DNA of 63,286 nt, filler included, from Globobulimina sp. (GCA_003354225.1; 47 parts of 47 records of this genome joined end to end with filler, not necessarily neighbours in it); one strand, 5' to 3'; counted from the first letter of the whole stretch, positions 25,124-37,774 are shown. Program-made: numbers and translations. The notes: a model not told the origin generated them from the letters alone.

Positions 25124-25538
25124 ATGTCAGCAGAGGGAAAATATGATACTTTAATTCAAGGTTTACAATCTCATTGATTCAAGGTTTACAATCTCAAATC
25201 ACAGACTTGCAAAATAAACAAATCAAAAAATGGGTTCATGTGGGCCATTTGAATGATATTGAAAAGTTAGTGAAGCAATATTCTGCTTTAGAATATGAAT
25301 ACGGAATTAGGCACAACTCGACTTTGAGCTGTGTGCATCGCATTATCTTCAATTCATGGAATAGAGGCATTAGAATAAGCACACGAGATTCATATCCAAT
25401 GGGTGACACTTCCACGGAATTGAAATGGGGAAGATCTGTGTTTACCAAAGGGTTGGATGATTGCACAGATAAAACAAAATGGTATCATCATTATATTTAT
25501 TCAAGTAGTGATAAATATTATTGTAGTAATGGTGTTGC
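25124..25538 (+). pseudogene. Hypothetical gene frameshifted by a 23-bp tandem duplication
   Basis: ATG at 25124 (MSAEGKYDTLIQGLQS); TT(A/G)ATTCAAGGTTTACAATCTCA at 25151-25173 and 25174-25196. Confidence 0.6.
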
Positions 25539-25822
25539 NNNNNNNNNNNNNNNNNNNNNNNNNNNNNNNNNNNNNNNNNNNNTTAATTAATTAANNNNNN
25601 NNNNNNNNNNNNNNNNNNNNNNNNNNNNNNNNNNNNNNGATTCATTGCCGCAATTTGTTAATTATACCATTGCTGCTTCGCAATTTATTGACCTCTTTTT
25701 CAAGCCAAAGTTGGATAATAAAGAACAAAATACTTTGCCGCTATTGTTTGATTTTTGGGTGTGTTGCAACTTCCAATTCAAAAGCTATTGTAATAACTAA
25801 TGATAAATATTATTCTAAATAG

Positions 25823-26647
25823 ATAATACCTCAATGCAGCAAGAAGAGGCAGCAAATAATAGAGGTTGATGCTGACGACGATGATGATTCTGACGGTGAA
25901 CAGGATGAAAAAGAAGAGCCGGACGGTGCTTACTGTTATTTAGGTTATGGCGGTGTTGATGCATTGAAAAAGTCGCCCATTCATTCCATTGGTCATATTG
26001 GAACATATCTAATCAAACGGGGTTATGTTGAAAACACGGATTTTGTGTGCACACAAATTAAACTTTTTGCAACTATCAGTGCAATGAAACGGCGATTTTT
26101 AGAATTGTATAAGGCAATCAATAAACATAATGAAACACATAAACGATTTATATTTATTGTGGATCGAAGAAGTCCGGAACATTATTTACATCGCGCATTG
26201 TGTGGAGATGCTGAGAAAGTAAAAAGTAAAATGGATGCTGAGAAAGATTGGCCTGATTTGATATATTGTATTGAGGATCGGGCGGTGATAAATAAAAATT
26301 ATATGCAATTTCCTGAGGTGTTTTTTGAATTAAGTCGTAATTGTATGTTACCGATGGAAATGAAAAATGATAGGATTGGTATTATACATGGATTGAATGG
26401 ATATATGTTTAATTTGTCATTTCATTTACAAAGCGAGGATATAGCAAAATGTTATTGGTCAAGAAATGGTGAAATACGAAGATTTTTTAAACGTGATATC
26501 AAACAATGTTGGCCGCAACATTTTATACAAACTAATAATAATAATAATCAACGGTTTGATGAATCGTTATTGATCAATCTTTATAAAGATTTAAGGGATG
26601 ATAAATTTAAGTTGTTTTATAATGAAACTACCTCAGATATGAAATGA
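25823..26647 (+). CDS. Hypothetical protein, terminal exon
   Basis: Frame open from about 25823 (after AAATAG) through an acidic stretch into ORF 25964-26647. Confidence 0.55.
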   Translation: MIPQCSKKRQQIIEVDADDDDDSDGEQDEKEEPDGAYCYLGYGGVDALKKSPIHSIGHIGTYLIKRGYVENTDFVCTQIKLFATISAMKRRFLELYKAINKHNETHKRFIFIVDRRSPEHYLHRALCGDAEKVKSKMDAEKDWPDLIYCIEDRAVINKNYMQFPEVFFELSRNCMLPMEMKNDRIGIIHGLNGYMFNLSFHLQSEDIAKCYWSRNGEIRRFFKRDIKQCWPQHFIQTNNNNNQRFDESLLINLYKDLRDDKFKLFYNETTSDMK

Positions 26648-26987
26648 ATATAACTTGAATTCGAATCAGATATATATATATGTTTTTCTTTGTTTTTGTT
26701 TGGTGACATCTTTGCAATACATATAGTACTGCACAATTGCAACATATAAAACAATCACATACAGCTTAAATACTGCAATCTGTTCTACCTTTTGAAAACA
26801 CGCGTGTTTGAACCATAATGTATACAATTTCAAAAGAAAAGTGTTTCAAACAGTTGAACATAACTTATTATTAATGCAAATAAACAANNNNNNNNNNNNN
26901 NNNNNNNNNNNNNNNNNNNNNNNNNNNNNNNTTAATTAATTAANNNNNNNNNNNNNNNNNNNNNNNNNNNNNNNNNNNNNNNNNNNN

Positions 26988-27042
26988 CATACATACATAC
27001 ATACATACATACATACATACGAACATACAAACATACATACAT
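26988..27042. repeat. (CATA)n microsatellite
   Basis: Direct reading. Confidence 0.95.
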
Positions 27043-27071
27043 AGCAAAGGTTATCTATTGACCTATTTCAG

Positions 27072-27260
27072 AAAAGCAGCAAGGCTATGACGGATAAAAA
27101 GAATTATGGAGCTGCCGGCACTAGCACTCACACTTTGGGTATGGGAGGAAAGTCAACTTTCGACAAAGCTAGTGTGCTCTGCTACGTTTGCGGTGAATCC
27201 GGACATATCTCACGATCATGCCCCAAGAAAGCTCAGCTTGGACCAAAAAAGACAGATTGA
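27072..27260 (+). CDS. CCHC zinc-knuckle (gag-like) terminal exon, missed by the ORF track
   Basis: After a TTTCAG acceptor: KSSKAMTDKK...VLCYVCGESGHISRSCPKKAQLGPKKTD*. Confidence 0.8.
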   Translation, partial: KSSKAMTDKKNYGAAGTSTHTLGMGGKSTFDKASVLCYVCGESGHISRSCPKKAQLGPKKTD

Positions 27261-27701
27261 TTCTCAGACAAATTGTTAGATTAGGGTGATTACTTTGCGA
27301 GTTCAAAAATCGACCAAAGAACTTTTTTAAAAAATTCAAATTTGAGCATTGACTATAGGTTGATGAAGGTTGAGGGCCATAAAATATAATGGTACCTTAT
27401 ATTTTTTGGTATCTTTATTTTCATCCGTGCGAGATAAAATCCTCCTTTTTTCAAGGGTAAAAAATTTTCATAATGTTTTTAAGAATGATAATTGAACTCG
27501 CATTTTTGTTCTAGATCTGTTAGGTTTTGTTCTTGATCTATATCATGTTTTTGCAATGATTCCTTTGTTAAAGGGTTATGGATCTGAAATGACATTTTGA
27601 ATAAAATAGTTGATGATGCACTTCATAATTTTATATAGTGTTTAACTTATGTAGGTGAGGGAATATTATCAACTTCAACAAAACATGTATTTATAGGTTA
27701 C

Positions 27702-28236
27702 ATGCTTCAAACAGCATATTGGACAAATATAAAAGGTAGTAGTCCGGAAGCAGTGAATCAATTAATTGACCAAATATGGTCCAGTCGTGCACCCAATACT
27801 ATTAAGAGCTATGTCCGTGAAATAAAAGCATGGATGCAATGGGCAGAGAATCGTGGAGTGATGGTTTTGCCGGCCGATCAAGCACAATTTGCTACCTATC
27901 TTCTAGAACGCAGTCAACAGACAAAATCGGTTACCTCAACACAATCTAGGATTGCAGCGATTCGGTGGTGGCACAAGAATTGCAATTTGGCTGATCCATC
28001 GAGCTGTGCTACAACTGCAATTCTTGAGACACAAAAACGACAAACGAAAAAAGGCCAAAAACGAAAAATTGAGTTCACCCTCGAATTATTGCAAAAAATG
28101 TTAATGTTTCTACATGATGGAGTTTTTGAGCATCAGCGTCAAAAAGCCTATTTTTCCCTCTCATTTGCAGCTTTTCTGCGATTCGCAGAAGCCAGAGATA
28201 TGAAGTGGGAACATCTTCAATTTACGTCCGAAGGAC
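27702..28236 (+). mobile_element. Tyrosine recombinase of DIRS/Ngaro/Crypton type (3' truncated)
   Basis: SRAPNTIKSY..W..W core-binding domain, IAAIRWWH..DP, and box I LSFAAFLRFAE with the catalytic Arg. Confidence 0.88.
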
Positions 28237-28336
28237 NNNNNNNNNNNNNNNNNNNNNNNNNNNNNNNNNNNNNNNNNNNNTTAATTAATTAANNNNNNNN
28301 NNNNNNNNNNNNNNNNNNNNNNNNNNNNNNNNNNNN

Positions 28337-28517
28337 AGTATAAAGTAGGAGAGTATAGAATAGGATAGTATAGAATAGGATAGTATAGAATATGATAGTA
28401 TAGAATATGATAGTATAAAATAGGATAGTATAGAATAGGATAGTATAGAATAGGATAGTATAGAATATGATAGTATAGAATATGATAGTATAAAATAGGA
28501 TAGTATAGAATAGGATA
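28337..28517. repeat. 15-bp tandem repeat (about 12 copies)
   Basis: ATAGTATAGAATAGG/ATAGTATAGAATATG units. Confidence 0.95.
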
Positions 28518-29185
28518 GGTCGATTTCAGACGCTGAGCACTCACTATTGATTCATGAAACATCGCGAATATGATGTTTGGTTTGATATTAAATTTTGGGA
28601 ATTATGCAGTGGTGACTAAAGCACATTCTTAAGGCGAAAGTTTTCAGTACTTCAGAATAGTTCAGAATACTTCAGAATTTGAAAGTGTGGGAAACCAACA
28701 AAAGCAACAAAAACTACTCCAATTCTTCCCCAAACTGTTAAAAAACAACATAAATCACTAGCTGCGGACAACAAATAGCAAAAGTCAGCATTTTTTTAAG
28801 TTTCATGAAGTGCATCCATGCTAATCAGTCCATATTATGTAAAACATTGCCATATTTGTTGTCACATAATTCCTATGTTCTTTGCATAGAATATGTTTGT
28901 CAATGTTTTACATCATATGGATTGAAACTGACAGATTTGGGTTTGAAAATGCTTGCAGTCATTTTTGTGTGAATCTGGTCATTTTTTGTCTCAATCTGGT
29001 GCCATTCTACATTTTGTAATTAAAAATGACACGTTTTTGTGTCAATTTGAAACTGACAATGACCAAATCTGCAGTTGTTTTACATTTTGAAACTGACAAT
29101 CTCAACTTTGGCTGTTAATCTGCAGTTGTTTTACATTTTGAAACTGACAATGACACACAACATTTATTTAAAAATGAAAGAATAT

Positions 29186-29585
29186 TTAATGATCACAATA
29201 CACAAAACAACAAATAATAGTACCACACAAAAACAGTAACAAATTGTCCAATCCCTTTGGTGACACTCCTTCGACGACAGTCAATAAGAAACAAACAAAT
29301 AATTTAAAATAAATTGGATACCCACAAAATATTGAATTCGAAAATAAAATGTCACAACAATTCGCGATAAAAATGGATGCGCAGCCTTCAAATGATTTTC
29401 TATGATAACATTGATGAATATAGTCCCAATACATATAATAATGGTTTTTATGCTTAAAACAAGCCTGCAAAGTGAGAGGGACTAATTCACCAAATGTGTC
29501 CGCGAACAAACCAATGATTACAACCATTTCGAATCGTTTTAACATTGAATACTTCCATAAACAAAACGCAATAAAACTAAAAATT
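29186..29585 (-). CDS. CTP-dependent polyprenol/phytol/diacylglycerol kinase family, C-terminal part (divergent)
   Basis: ADTFGELV, KSFEG and VEGVSPKGLDNLLL motifs; hydrophobic. Confidence 0.7.
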
Positions 29586-30444
29586 NNNNNNNNNNNNNNN
29601 NNNNNNNNNNNNNNNNNNNNNNNNNNNNNTTAATTAATTAANNNNNNNNNNNNNNNNNNNNNNNNNNNNNNNNNNNNNNNNNNNNTTTGAATTCATTATT
29701 ATTATTGAAAAATTGGTTTTAATTATTATTATATTTGTATTGTCAGAAGACAGAAGCAACAGCCACAAGCATATAATGTTATTGTTCAATTATATTAAGA
29801 ATTGGCATCGCGCCACACAGATAAACTGATATACTGGCCATATCATACAAAATCTTGGCAAAAATAGTTTAACTTTTTAATGCAATGCCATTCCTTTCCT
29901 TGTGAGATATTTAACTTTTATGTAATGTAATTAATTTGCCATCATTGCCCACCAATTCCGGTTGTTTTTGTGATGATATGTATTCCATTTCCAGGGATTC
30001 ATTATGGGGATGATAAAAATTACAATGATGAATATAAATAATTTCTGCTGCTGATATAGTTGCATGTTTTATAATTATAACAGACATAACAACATTCTAT
30101 GTGTATTTGTATTTGTATATCCTTGCACTCTCACTCTATTCCGTGTGTTCTGTGTTGTGATTGCTTGATTAAAAAAGTATGGAATTTAAAATGTATATTT
30201 AAAACGTAAGTCTGATGCAAAATTTGAAACGTAGTTCTTCCTCACAAAAAGAAAGTAGTTCTTTATTTAGGGTGCCAAATTTGCTCAAGAAACAAAAGCT
30301 GAGCGTCAAAATCTTTAATCGTTTCTGTCATGACACAACAAGTCGACACAATATTAACACCTTTACCAGATTTCGATATATGGGAAGGAGATATAATAAA
30401 TTTCACACAGGTTATAAATAATTATGATTAGGAATATCAAAGTC

Positions 30445-30934
30445 TTAAAATTCACTTTTATCACTTAAAAAAGCCACACCAGGCAATACTTTACCTTCTA
30501 ATAATTCCAATGAAGCACCACCGCCAGTTGATATATGTGATACTTTATCACCAAATCCAAAATTGTTGCATGCCGAGGCAGAGTCACCACCGCCAACAAT
30601 AGTAATACTACCCTGTTTTGTTGCATTTGCCAATGCTTCGACCAAGGCCTTTGTACCGGCACTAAAATTCTCCAGTTCAAAGACACCGGGCGGGCCATTA
30701 AAGACAATGGTTTTCGAGCGCATCACGGCCTCAATCACTGCTTTGCGTGATGCCGCGCCAATGTCCAAGCCCATAAATGCATCATTTATACCACTCTCAA
30801 CTGTACAATTCTCAATCTTTGCTTCATTCGCAAAAGAATCGCCACACACAAAATCTGTGGGCAATATTATATTTACATTATTTTTCTTCGCTTTTTCCAT
30901 GATTGAGGCCACAATCTTTGCCCCTTCCCCATCA
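30445..30934 (-). CDS. PGK: Phosphoglycerate kinase, C-terminal part (eukaryotic type)
   Basis: MGLDIG, IVFNGPPGVFE, IVGGGDSA, SHISTGGGASLELLEGKVLPGV. Confidence 0.98.
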
Positions 30935-32918
30935 NNNNNNNNNNNNNNNNNNNNNNNNNNNNNNNNNNNNNNNNNNNNTTAATTAATTAANNNNNNNNNN
31001 NNNNNNNNNNNNNNNNNNNNNNNNNNNNNNNNNNACACATTTTTTTGTTTGTTTGTAGTTTGCACGCAGACATTCAGTCGATATGGATGCTCAAATATGA
31101 TTTTGAAACAATTGCAAATGTAGATAAATAGTTCTTATGTATTTTTATGCCGGGAAAGAGCACAACAAAGTAACACAATTAAACAATGCCATGTAACTGA
31201 GTACTATGGTATCGAGTATTGCTTTTGCCACACAATTTCCTCACCGACAAATACAATATCCAATGAACACAGTCTCCATGCCTCACAGCTGTGGAGTCTG
31301 AGATTGGCTATTTAAGTAATAAGACAAGTATTTTAAAGTTTGTTTGATGTCTTGTGACTTCTTTGCTTTTCATTTCACGCTTTCACTGTCGTAATTATGT
31401 ATTTGTGCACTCATGATACACATGTATATATATATTATGTGCATCGTAGCATACTAACCAATTCTGATCATCTAACGGGTACATTGGATGTACCCCAAAT
31501 GTAAACGGTTATAGAAATTGCAAAATTTGACTTTTTTCAAATTTTTTTTTTACAAATCACAGCACATATATAGCAGTTTAGTGATCTAAAAAAATGTTTT
31601 GAGATTGCTTCAAATTTCTTAATTATAGATAAACATCAATGTATTTTCTTTTTTTTTTTGTTTGTGGTGTAGGGAAATAAGATGATCAGAATTGGTTAGT
31701 ATGCTACGATGTGTGTTTTGTTTTGACCGGTATACGTACATATATAAGAATTTCCAGGTACTTCAACCACAAACACTGGATGCTATTTTAAATAGAGATC
31801 GATGTGTATACAACAAACATTTTCAACTATACTATAACTATCATACTATTCTAAATGTATACAAATCTAACCATTTGTTACTGAAAATATTATTTAATAC
31901 ACAGCCAATCAATATGATATTAATTATTTTCATCATGCAATGCATCAAATCGTTTAATTGATCCATGTAAATACATATTTACTTTGTTTTTTTATGTGCA
32001 TGAATTGTGAAGTGAAATGAAAAAAAAACCTAGAAAAAAACAGTAAGTCTTCGCCACATACTAAACAAATCAGGACTGATTCAAGCAGTCAAAATAGGAC
32101 CAAATTAATCTACTAATTTGGATCCAAAATAAACAAAACTCAAAAATCCCCAAACAAAGCAACATAACACACACAAAAGTAAATCAACAAAGAATTAGCA
32201 ATTTTAGATCAATCCGTATTAATTCCATTCAAATCAATTGCAAATCACCCAAATCACTGCAATTTACAGTAAAATCAATAACNNNNNNNNNNNNNNNNNN
32301 NNNNNNNNNNNNNNNNNNNNNNNNNNTTAATTAATTAANNNNNNNNNNNNNNNNNNNNNNNNNNNNNNNNNNNNNNNNNNNNATATAATTTTCAACTTTA
32401 GTGCAAAACAACTATATTCAAGTTCGAGTACGGTCATTCTTGTTAATTAGAGATCAACGCCATTTTAAAAAAACAAATCCTAATCAACTTTATACCAAGT
32501 AATATTGATGCCGAAAACAAGTGGACTTCTGGCTATAGTGTTATTATCCCTTAGTCATCCCTTGATAAAATTTATACATATCCATCATGAATTCCGAATG
32601 TAACTTTTTAGTGTATAAAACCTTATATATTAAGCTATTTAGCCGTTATATAATGACTGAAAAATAAAATCCATACCATTCCATTGAAATAATCTAAAAC
32701 AGCATGTTACGGAAGGATAAGAGCGCCGTATACATACTTATGGTAGGGCTTATATTGTTGAATTGATTTTAAATTGGGAAATCCTGTAAAACATCTGAAA
32801 TCAAATTTATAATTCGATCAAAAATATTTATCGAGACTAGCATGAGTTTTTATAAATTCATTCATTAAATATCTCGATTCAGTTATGGCAACTCTCAAAG
32901 TATCTTGATTTTGATCCA

Positions 32919-33575
32919 TTATAATTCTCCTCCTGGAACTGCATCTGCAATATCATCTGCAAAATTTCTTACATCAGAAACAAAGTCTTGGCCTGATTCT
33001 TCTTGATGTAAACCATTCCACATATTGAGATACTCCCCTAATTTCTCCCATGCTGGTTTTCTTGATTCACCTTTTAATTCTGCTACATATTGTTTAATGA
33101 TTTCTTTATTAATCGTTACAGCTTTTGATCCTTTACCTTTTCTGATTGTTTTCTTTAGTTTGTAATTACCATATTTAATTGTATTAAGGGCCAATGCTGT
33201 ATCGTCATCCAAATCCTTTACGTGTTTCAGTTTATAGTTATCATCGTATAGTTTTCTTGGATCAAATAAAGCTATTCTTTTTAGTCCCTGAATAACTTCC
33301 ACCTTTTCAATAATATGCATATCCAATATTTTTTCATTAATCTTCTTTTCTTGTTGTTCTATATAATATTTAATATGGGGTTTCTTTAAGGCCATTGAAG
33401 CATTCTGACTAGCAATCTGTTTATTTTTTGTATTATAGGCTGTTAAGTAACATGCAACGACTGATATTTGTTTTTCTTTTGGTTGGTTTTTATTATTTAC
33501 ATAAGTATCTTCAAATAGTTTTTCTTTTGCAGTTAATCGTTTCTTAATAGATTTTGGTTTTGTTGTTCTTTTCAT
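32919..33575 (-). CDS. terS: Phage terminase small subunit
   Basis: AY..ASQNASMALKKPHIKYYI, EVIQGLKRIALFDPRKLYDD, KDLDDDTA, AWEKLGEYL; downstream AGGAGGAG SD and TAATG stop/start overlap. Confidence 0.85.
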   Translation of the reverse strand: MKRTTKPKSIKKRLTAKEKLFEDTYVNNKNQPKEKQISVVACYLTAYNTKNKQIASQNASMALKKPHIKYYIEQQEKKINEKILDMHIIEKVEVIQGLKRIALFDPRKLYDDNYKLKHVKDLDDDTALALNTIKYGNYKLKKTIRKGKGSKAVTINKEIIKQYVAELKGESRKPAWEKLGEYLNMWNGLHQEESGQDFVSDVRNFADDIADAVPGGEL

Positions 33576-33730
33576 ATTGTATTATTTTATTATTTTTTTA
33601 TTATTTAACCCTTATTATATATTGTTTTTGNNNNNNNNNNNNNNNNNNNNNNNNNNNNNNNNNNNNNNNNNNNNTTAATTAATTAANNNNNNNNNNNNNN
33701 NNNNNNNNNNNNNNNNNNNNNNNNNNNNNN

Positions 33731-34635
33731 GATTAGGTTTTTTGGTGAAAGACCCGCAATTATTAAATATAAGTTTACGTAGACCGCAATTGGAAGACAT
33801 CAGATCGTGGATATGCACGATGCAGAATTCGTTGGTTAATGGTCACTTATTATCATGTCACATATTATCGCCATTCCTGCAAAAAACAGAGGTGGATTAT
33901 ATATTAAGTCAGTTATGTCCGCCAATAACAGATTTACATATTGACGGATACCCTCATCCGCATCAAATCCATTCTAACCACCATTCGTTTAAATTCACAT
34001 CAGAAAATACACCACGTTACGTATACTGCGGCGTGCCTTTGGAGGACCTGACAGATGACACCAAACCCGCCACCAATTTAGTATTAGCATGCAACACAGT
34101 CGTCATTAATGGAATGATTGCAAACGTCTTAGAAACGTACACTGACGATATTGTCAAACGTGCGGCGATGTCATTAAATAAAGCATCAAATTGTTATTAT
34201 TGTCCGTCCATTTTTTGTGCCATATTAACCGAAGCAAGAAAGAATAAGAAATATGAAATGATTCAAAATCAGACGACAAAGGCAGTAATGGACAAAGTAT
34301 TGAAGAACATGACGAGAGTTCGGATTCAATCAAAATGCGGGCATATATCGAATAAATGCGATGGCTGCGACTCCGTTCGACCCCAATTAGAAGATGGCTA
34401 TAAAGGCGTGCCTTTTAATGGTAATGCCCCCAATGAACAAACCTTGACAATGTACTATCATTCGTACGCATTGGCGTCTATTAAAGAATTAAAAATCAAT
34501 GGAAATGCCGTCAAATGGGATGAAATGTCAACAATGGACCAATTGGCTTTCTCTGTCAACAAATATATCAAACAGGAATTCAAAGATAATGACGTCTCGC
34601 ATTTGTTATTTAATAAAGCATTATTCGTAAATTAG
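33731..34635 (+). CDS. Hypothetical protein (5' partial)
   Basis: About 300-codon ORF with CYYC and C..CDGC; no family recognised. Confidence 0.5.
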
Positions 34636-35078
34636 AATAAAGAATTGACTGTGAACCATGATGCCTTAAATGTATTGATTGCCAAACAAACAGAAGGAAT
34701 GGACCTCTCTACCAAATATCAGGTACAACAAACTTACAGTATCTCCGAGAAAGCGACCAAAGAAAATACGAATAATTCAAACAATAAGAATAATGGTGAC
34801 AATACCAATGATTCTCAATGATTTTCAGCAGCTACAATCATGGCTATGTGAATAGCCCAATCGTCATTAACCAAACCTTAATCTCCTTCTTTCTAATAAC
34901 TATCCCTTCTTTTTATTACTTTTATTTTAAACTCTTTCCTACAGTTTATTGCTTTTTATATTCCTCCAGTTTTCTTATNNNNNNNNNNNNNNNNNNNNNN
35001 NNNNNNNNNNNNNNNNNNNNNNTTAATTAATTAANNNNNNNNNNNNNNNNNNNNNNNNNNNNNNNNNNNNNNNNNNNN

Positions 35079-35820
35079 TAATAACACGTTGATGACAGGC
35101 AATAATAATAAATATAAAAATGGCTATGGCTTTGTGATACATCCAATGCAACCGACACATATAGAAATGACCCATTTTAATAAAAAAGCGTCGACCAATG
35201 GCTACCAGACACTCGATGCCACACAAAACAACATGGAAAATGATGGCAAAATTGAAGAAGAAGAAGAAATTATAATTCATTCCAACAATGAAAACGACAA
35301 AGAAGAAAAAAAGCAAACCATTATAATATCGGACATTGCTAAAAATGCTGAACAGAAACAAGCGAAGGACACCGAGGAGAAAGTGGACGAAAACGCATTT
35401 GAGCAATTTGAAGAAAATAAATATCAACATATGGATATCAATTATGGTGACAATAATTCATCTGACTCGCTTGCAAAATCTAAGTCGAGGAAGGATGAAA
35501 ATATTGATCAAGAAAATTCATACATATCATATGACGACGATGACGATGAGGATGATGGCAATGGCATTAATCCATTACAATTACAAGGACAGCAATTTCA
35601 ATATTCAATGAGTGCCACACCTGACATTTCTGCGGCAAATGGGGATCGGAATTCGTCCACACCTGCTCCTGTCCCACAGACAGCATATGTTCCACAAGAG
35701 ATAAATAACGAATATAAAAATGAAAATTTAGAGGTTACAAATGTAAAAAATAGGAATAATCCGCGTCTGCTTTCAAATGTATCAGTTCCTTCTCAATCGC
35801 CAGGCTCTGACAATTGGTAG
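35079..35820 (+). CDS. Low-complexity acidic/Asn-rich C-terminal region
   Basis: Long ORF with disordered composition. Confidence 0.6.
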
Positions 35821-35960
35821 CTACTATTTGAATGTTTGTCTTTGTTTTGCAAGATAACTAAATATTTAGTTATCTTATGTTTGTAATACTGTTTGAAGCT
35901 TTTTTTTTTGTGTTTATCCTTTTTGTTACGAGTCATTTTTACAAAAACAAAGTGAGTATA

Positions 35961-36220
35961 TCATTTTGATTGTGCATCTAACTGCATTTTGTCATTCGTG
36001 CATTTATTACATTGGCAAGAAAATCCATAGATCCACATGAAATATTGCTGTCGTTCTTGATATGTATCGTTTTTGCCAGCATATTGTATGTTTAATTCTT
36101 CTCCTTCCTTTATATCACATATGGCTTTGAATGTAGCATAACCAGATTTATCCTCCATTTTATTGAGTAACCCGACATTTGGCTCACATGAATGATTGAA
36201 AAATGAAGCTAAACCATTCA
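35961..36220 (-). CDS. SET-domain (SMYD-like) methyltransferase, last exon
   Basis: SFFNHSCEPN, AICDIKEGEELNIQY, post-SET YGFSCQCNKC. Confidence 0.9.
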
Positions 36221-36553
36221 GCAGTTTAAAAATCCCTAAATATTACAAAAAATCAAAAAAATACAAGAAATAAATTGGTCATGACAAGAAATAAATTGCT
36301 GATGACAAGAAAGAGTGCTTTTACACNNNNNNNNNNNNNNNNNNNNNNNNNNNNNNNNNNNNNNNNNNNNTTAATTAATTAANNNNNNNNNNNNNNNNNN
36401 NNNNNNNNNNNNNNNNNNNNNNNNNNCATTTTATCCATTTCCATTTCCATTGATAGTTTGGAAATTAAGATATTCTTTGAATACTAGTATATATAATTGA
36501 TTATTTTTTCCAATTGAATTCCATATAAAGGCGGCGGGCCACATCTGATCATG

Positions 36554-36627
36554 AGTTCCCTCAGGATTTAAACCTGAATCTTCTGGCTGAAGCCACTCGA
36601 ACCAGTGCTCTATTTGAGCTAAGAAAC
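36554..36627 (-). ncRNA. tRNA-like element resembling tRNA-Arg(TCG) with an intron-like insert; non-canonical
   Basis: GTTTCTT/AGGGAAC acceptor, GCTC-AAATA-GAGC D-arm, CTGG..CCAG anticodon stem around TTCGA-GTGGCTTCAG, AGAAGATT, CAGG-TTTAAAT-CCTG. Confidence 0.6.
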
Positions 36628-37139
36628 AAAAGAAAGAAAAAGAAAGAAACCAATCGATGGGTTGGAAACCTTCTGAACTGTTTCATATGACTATGAACCT
36701 TCTAACTGCTTCGTGCAATGTACAGCACAAACAATAGGGCAATGTCATTTTATTCAACAGCAGGGCCATCACAACAATCGGTACTGCACCTTTTGCACAT
36801 AAATGCACTGGAAACCTTCAAGCGGTGCAAATATGTGAGTTCCTGTGCTCGCATTGGGCCAGAAACATTTATTAATCTGTGGGCCACTCAACAACGTCTC
36901 ATTAAATGAGCGGAGGGTCCTCGAGAATGCACAAAAGGATTTTAACATTAATACTAAACATGCCTTTATCTGCACCACCAACCAAACGACGACGACGACC
37001 ATTAATACCAGAAATTGACAACACCAACACCACTACGACGACTACGACGACGACATGACATGACTAGAGTTGATGATGAAAAAAAGGAAGTTTTAGTTTG
37101 AAAAACAAATTTTAGCTCAGCCATGTCGCCGTGTCCAAG

Positions 37140-37674
37140 ATGACATCCGTATTCCACACTTTGTGGACACTCTATTTATTATTATTCAATGGGATATATT
37201 CGTTTTCAGCTTGTGATGAAATAGATGTAACCTTTGTGATAGACACCGACTCGATAATCGCAAACAGTGCTGGCATAATTAAGCTCATCACATCTGTGAT
37301 ATGGAGTGGCTCCTCAGAACATACAGGATTCAGTGTGGTCATCTATGGCCATAATATTCCAATCCATCAAAAAATAAAAATAATCTCATTACACGACACA
37401 CAAAGTTCCACTCAAAGGCAAGATGCAGAGAAAAAAGTCGACGAGAAATTGAAAAAAGCTTTTGATAACATCCAATCTGTGGCACCCCACAAAACAACAT
37501 ACAAAGCCAAACAATATGCGACTAACATTCTGCAGTCCTCATCAAACGATGAAGACCATGGAAAACGCAGAGAGTCGGACCAAAAGATAGTAGATTCTGC
37601 CAGTTCTGATCGATATAATCCAGTCAAGCAATGGAAAGGCGGTGGTCGCCCTAAATCTGATGAGTTCTCTGAAA
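37140..37674 (+). CDS. Secreted protein with a degenerate VWA-like domain (3' truncated)
   Basis: Signal peptide followed by CDEIDVTFVIDTDS and FSVVIYG. Confidence 0.55.
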
Positions 37675-37774
37675 NNNNNNNNNNNNNNNNNNNNNNNNNN
37701 NNNNNNNNNNNNNNNNNNTTAATTAATTAANNNNNNNNNNNNNNNNNNNNNNNNNNNNNNNNNNNNNNNNNNNN

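Noticed and set aside
28281..28562. ORF with ILYYP repeats
   Set aside because: Translation of the 15-bp satellite
31476..31494. GGGTACAT-TGG-ATGTACCC hairpin as a transposon end
   Set aside because: No partner terminus or target duplication seen in the contig
32700..32919. TGA readthrough to give terL
   Set aside because: TAA and TAG follow shortly in the same frame and no Walker motif appears
36580..36600. tRNA-Sec or opal suppressor, from TTCA in the hairpin
   Set aside because: TCA sits in a 4-nt loop, and the long variable arm and 9/4 fold of tRNA-Sec are absent
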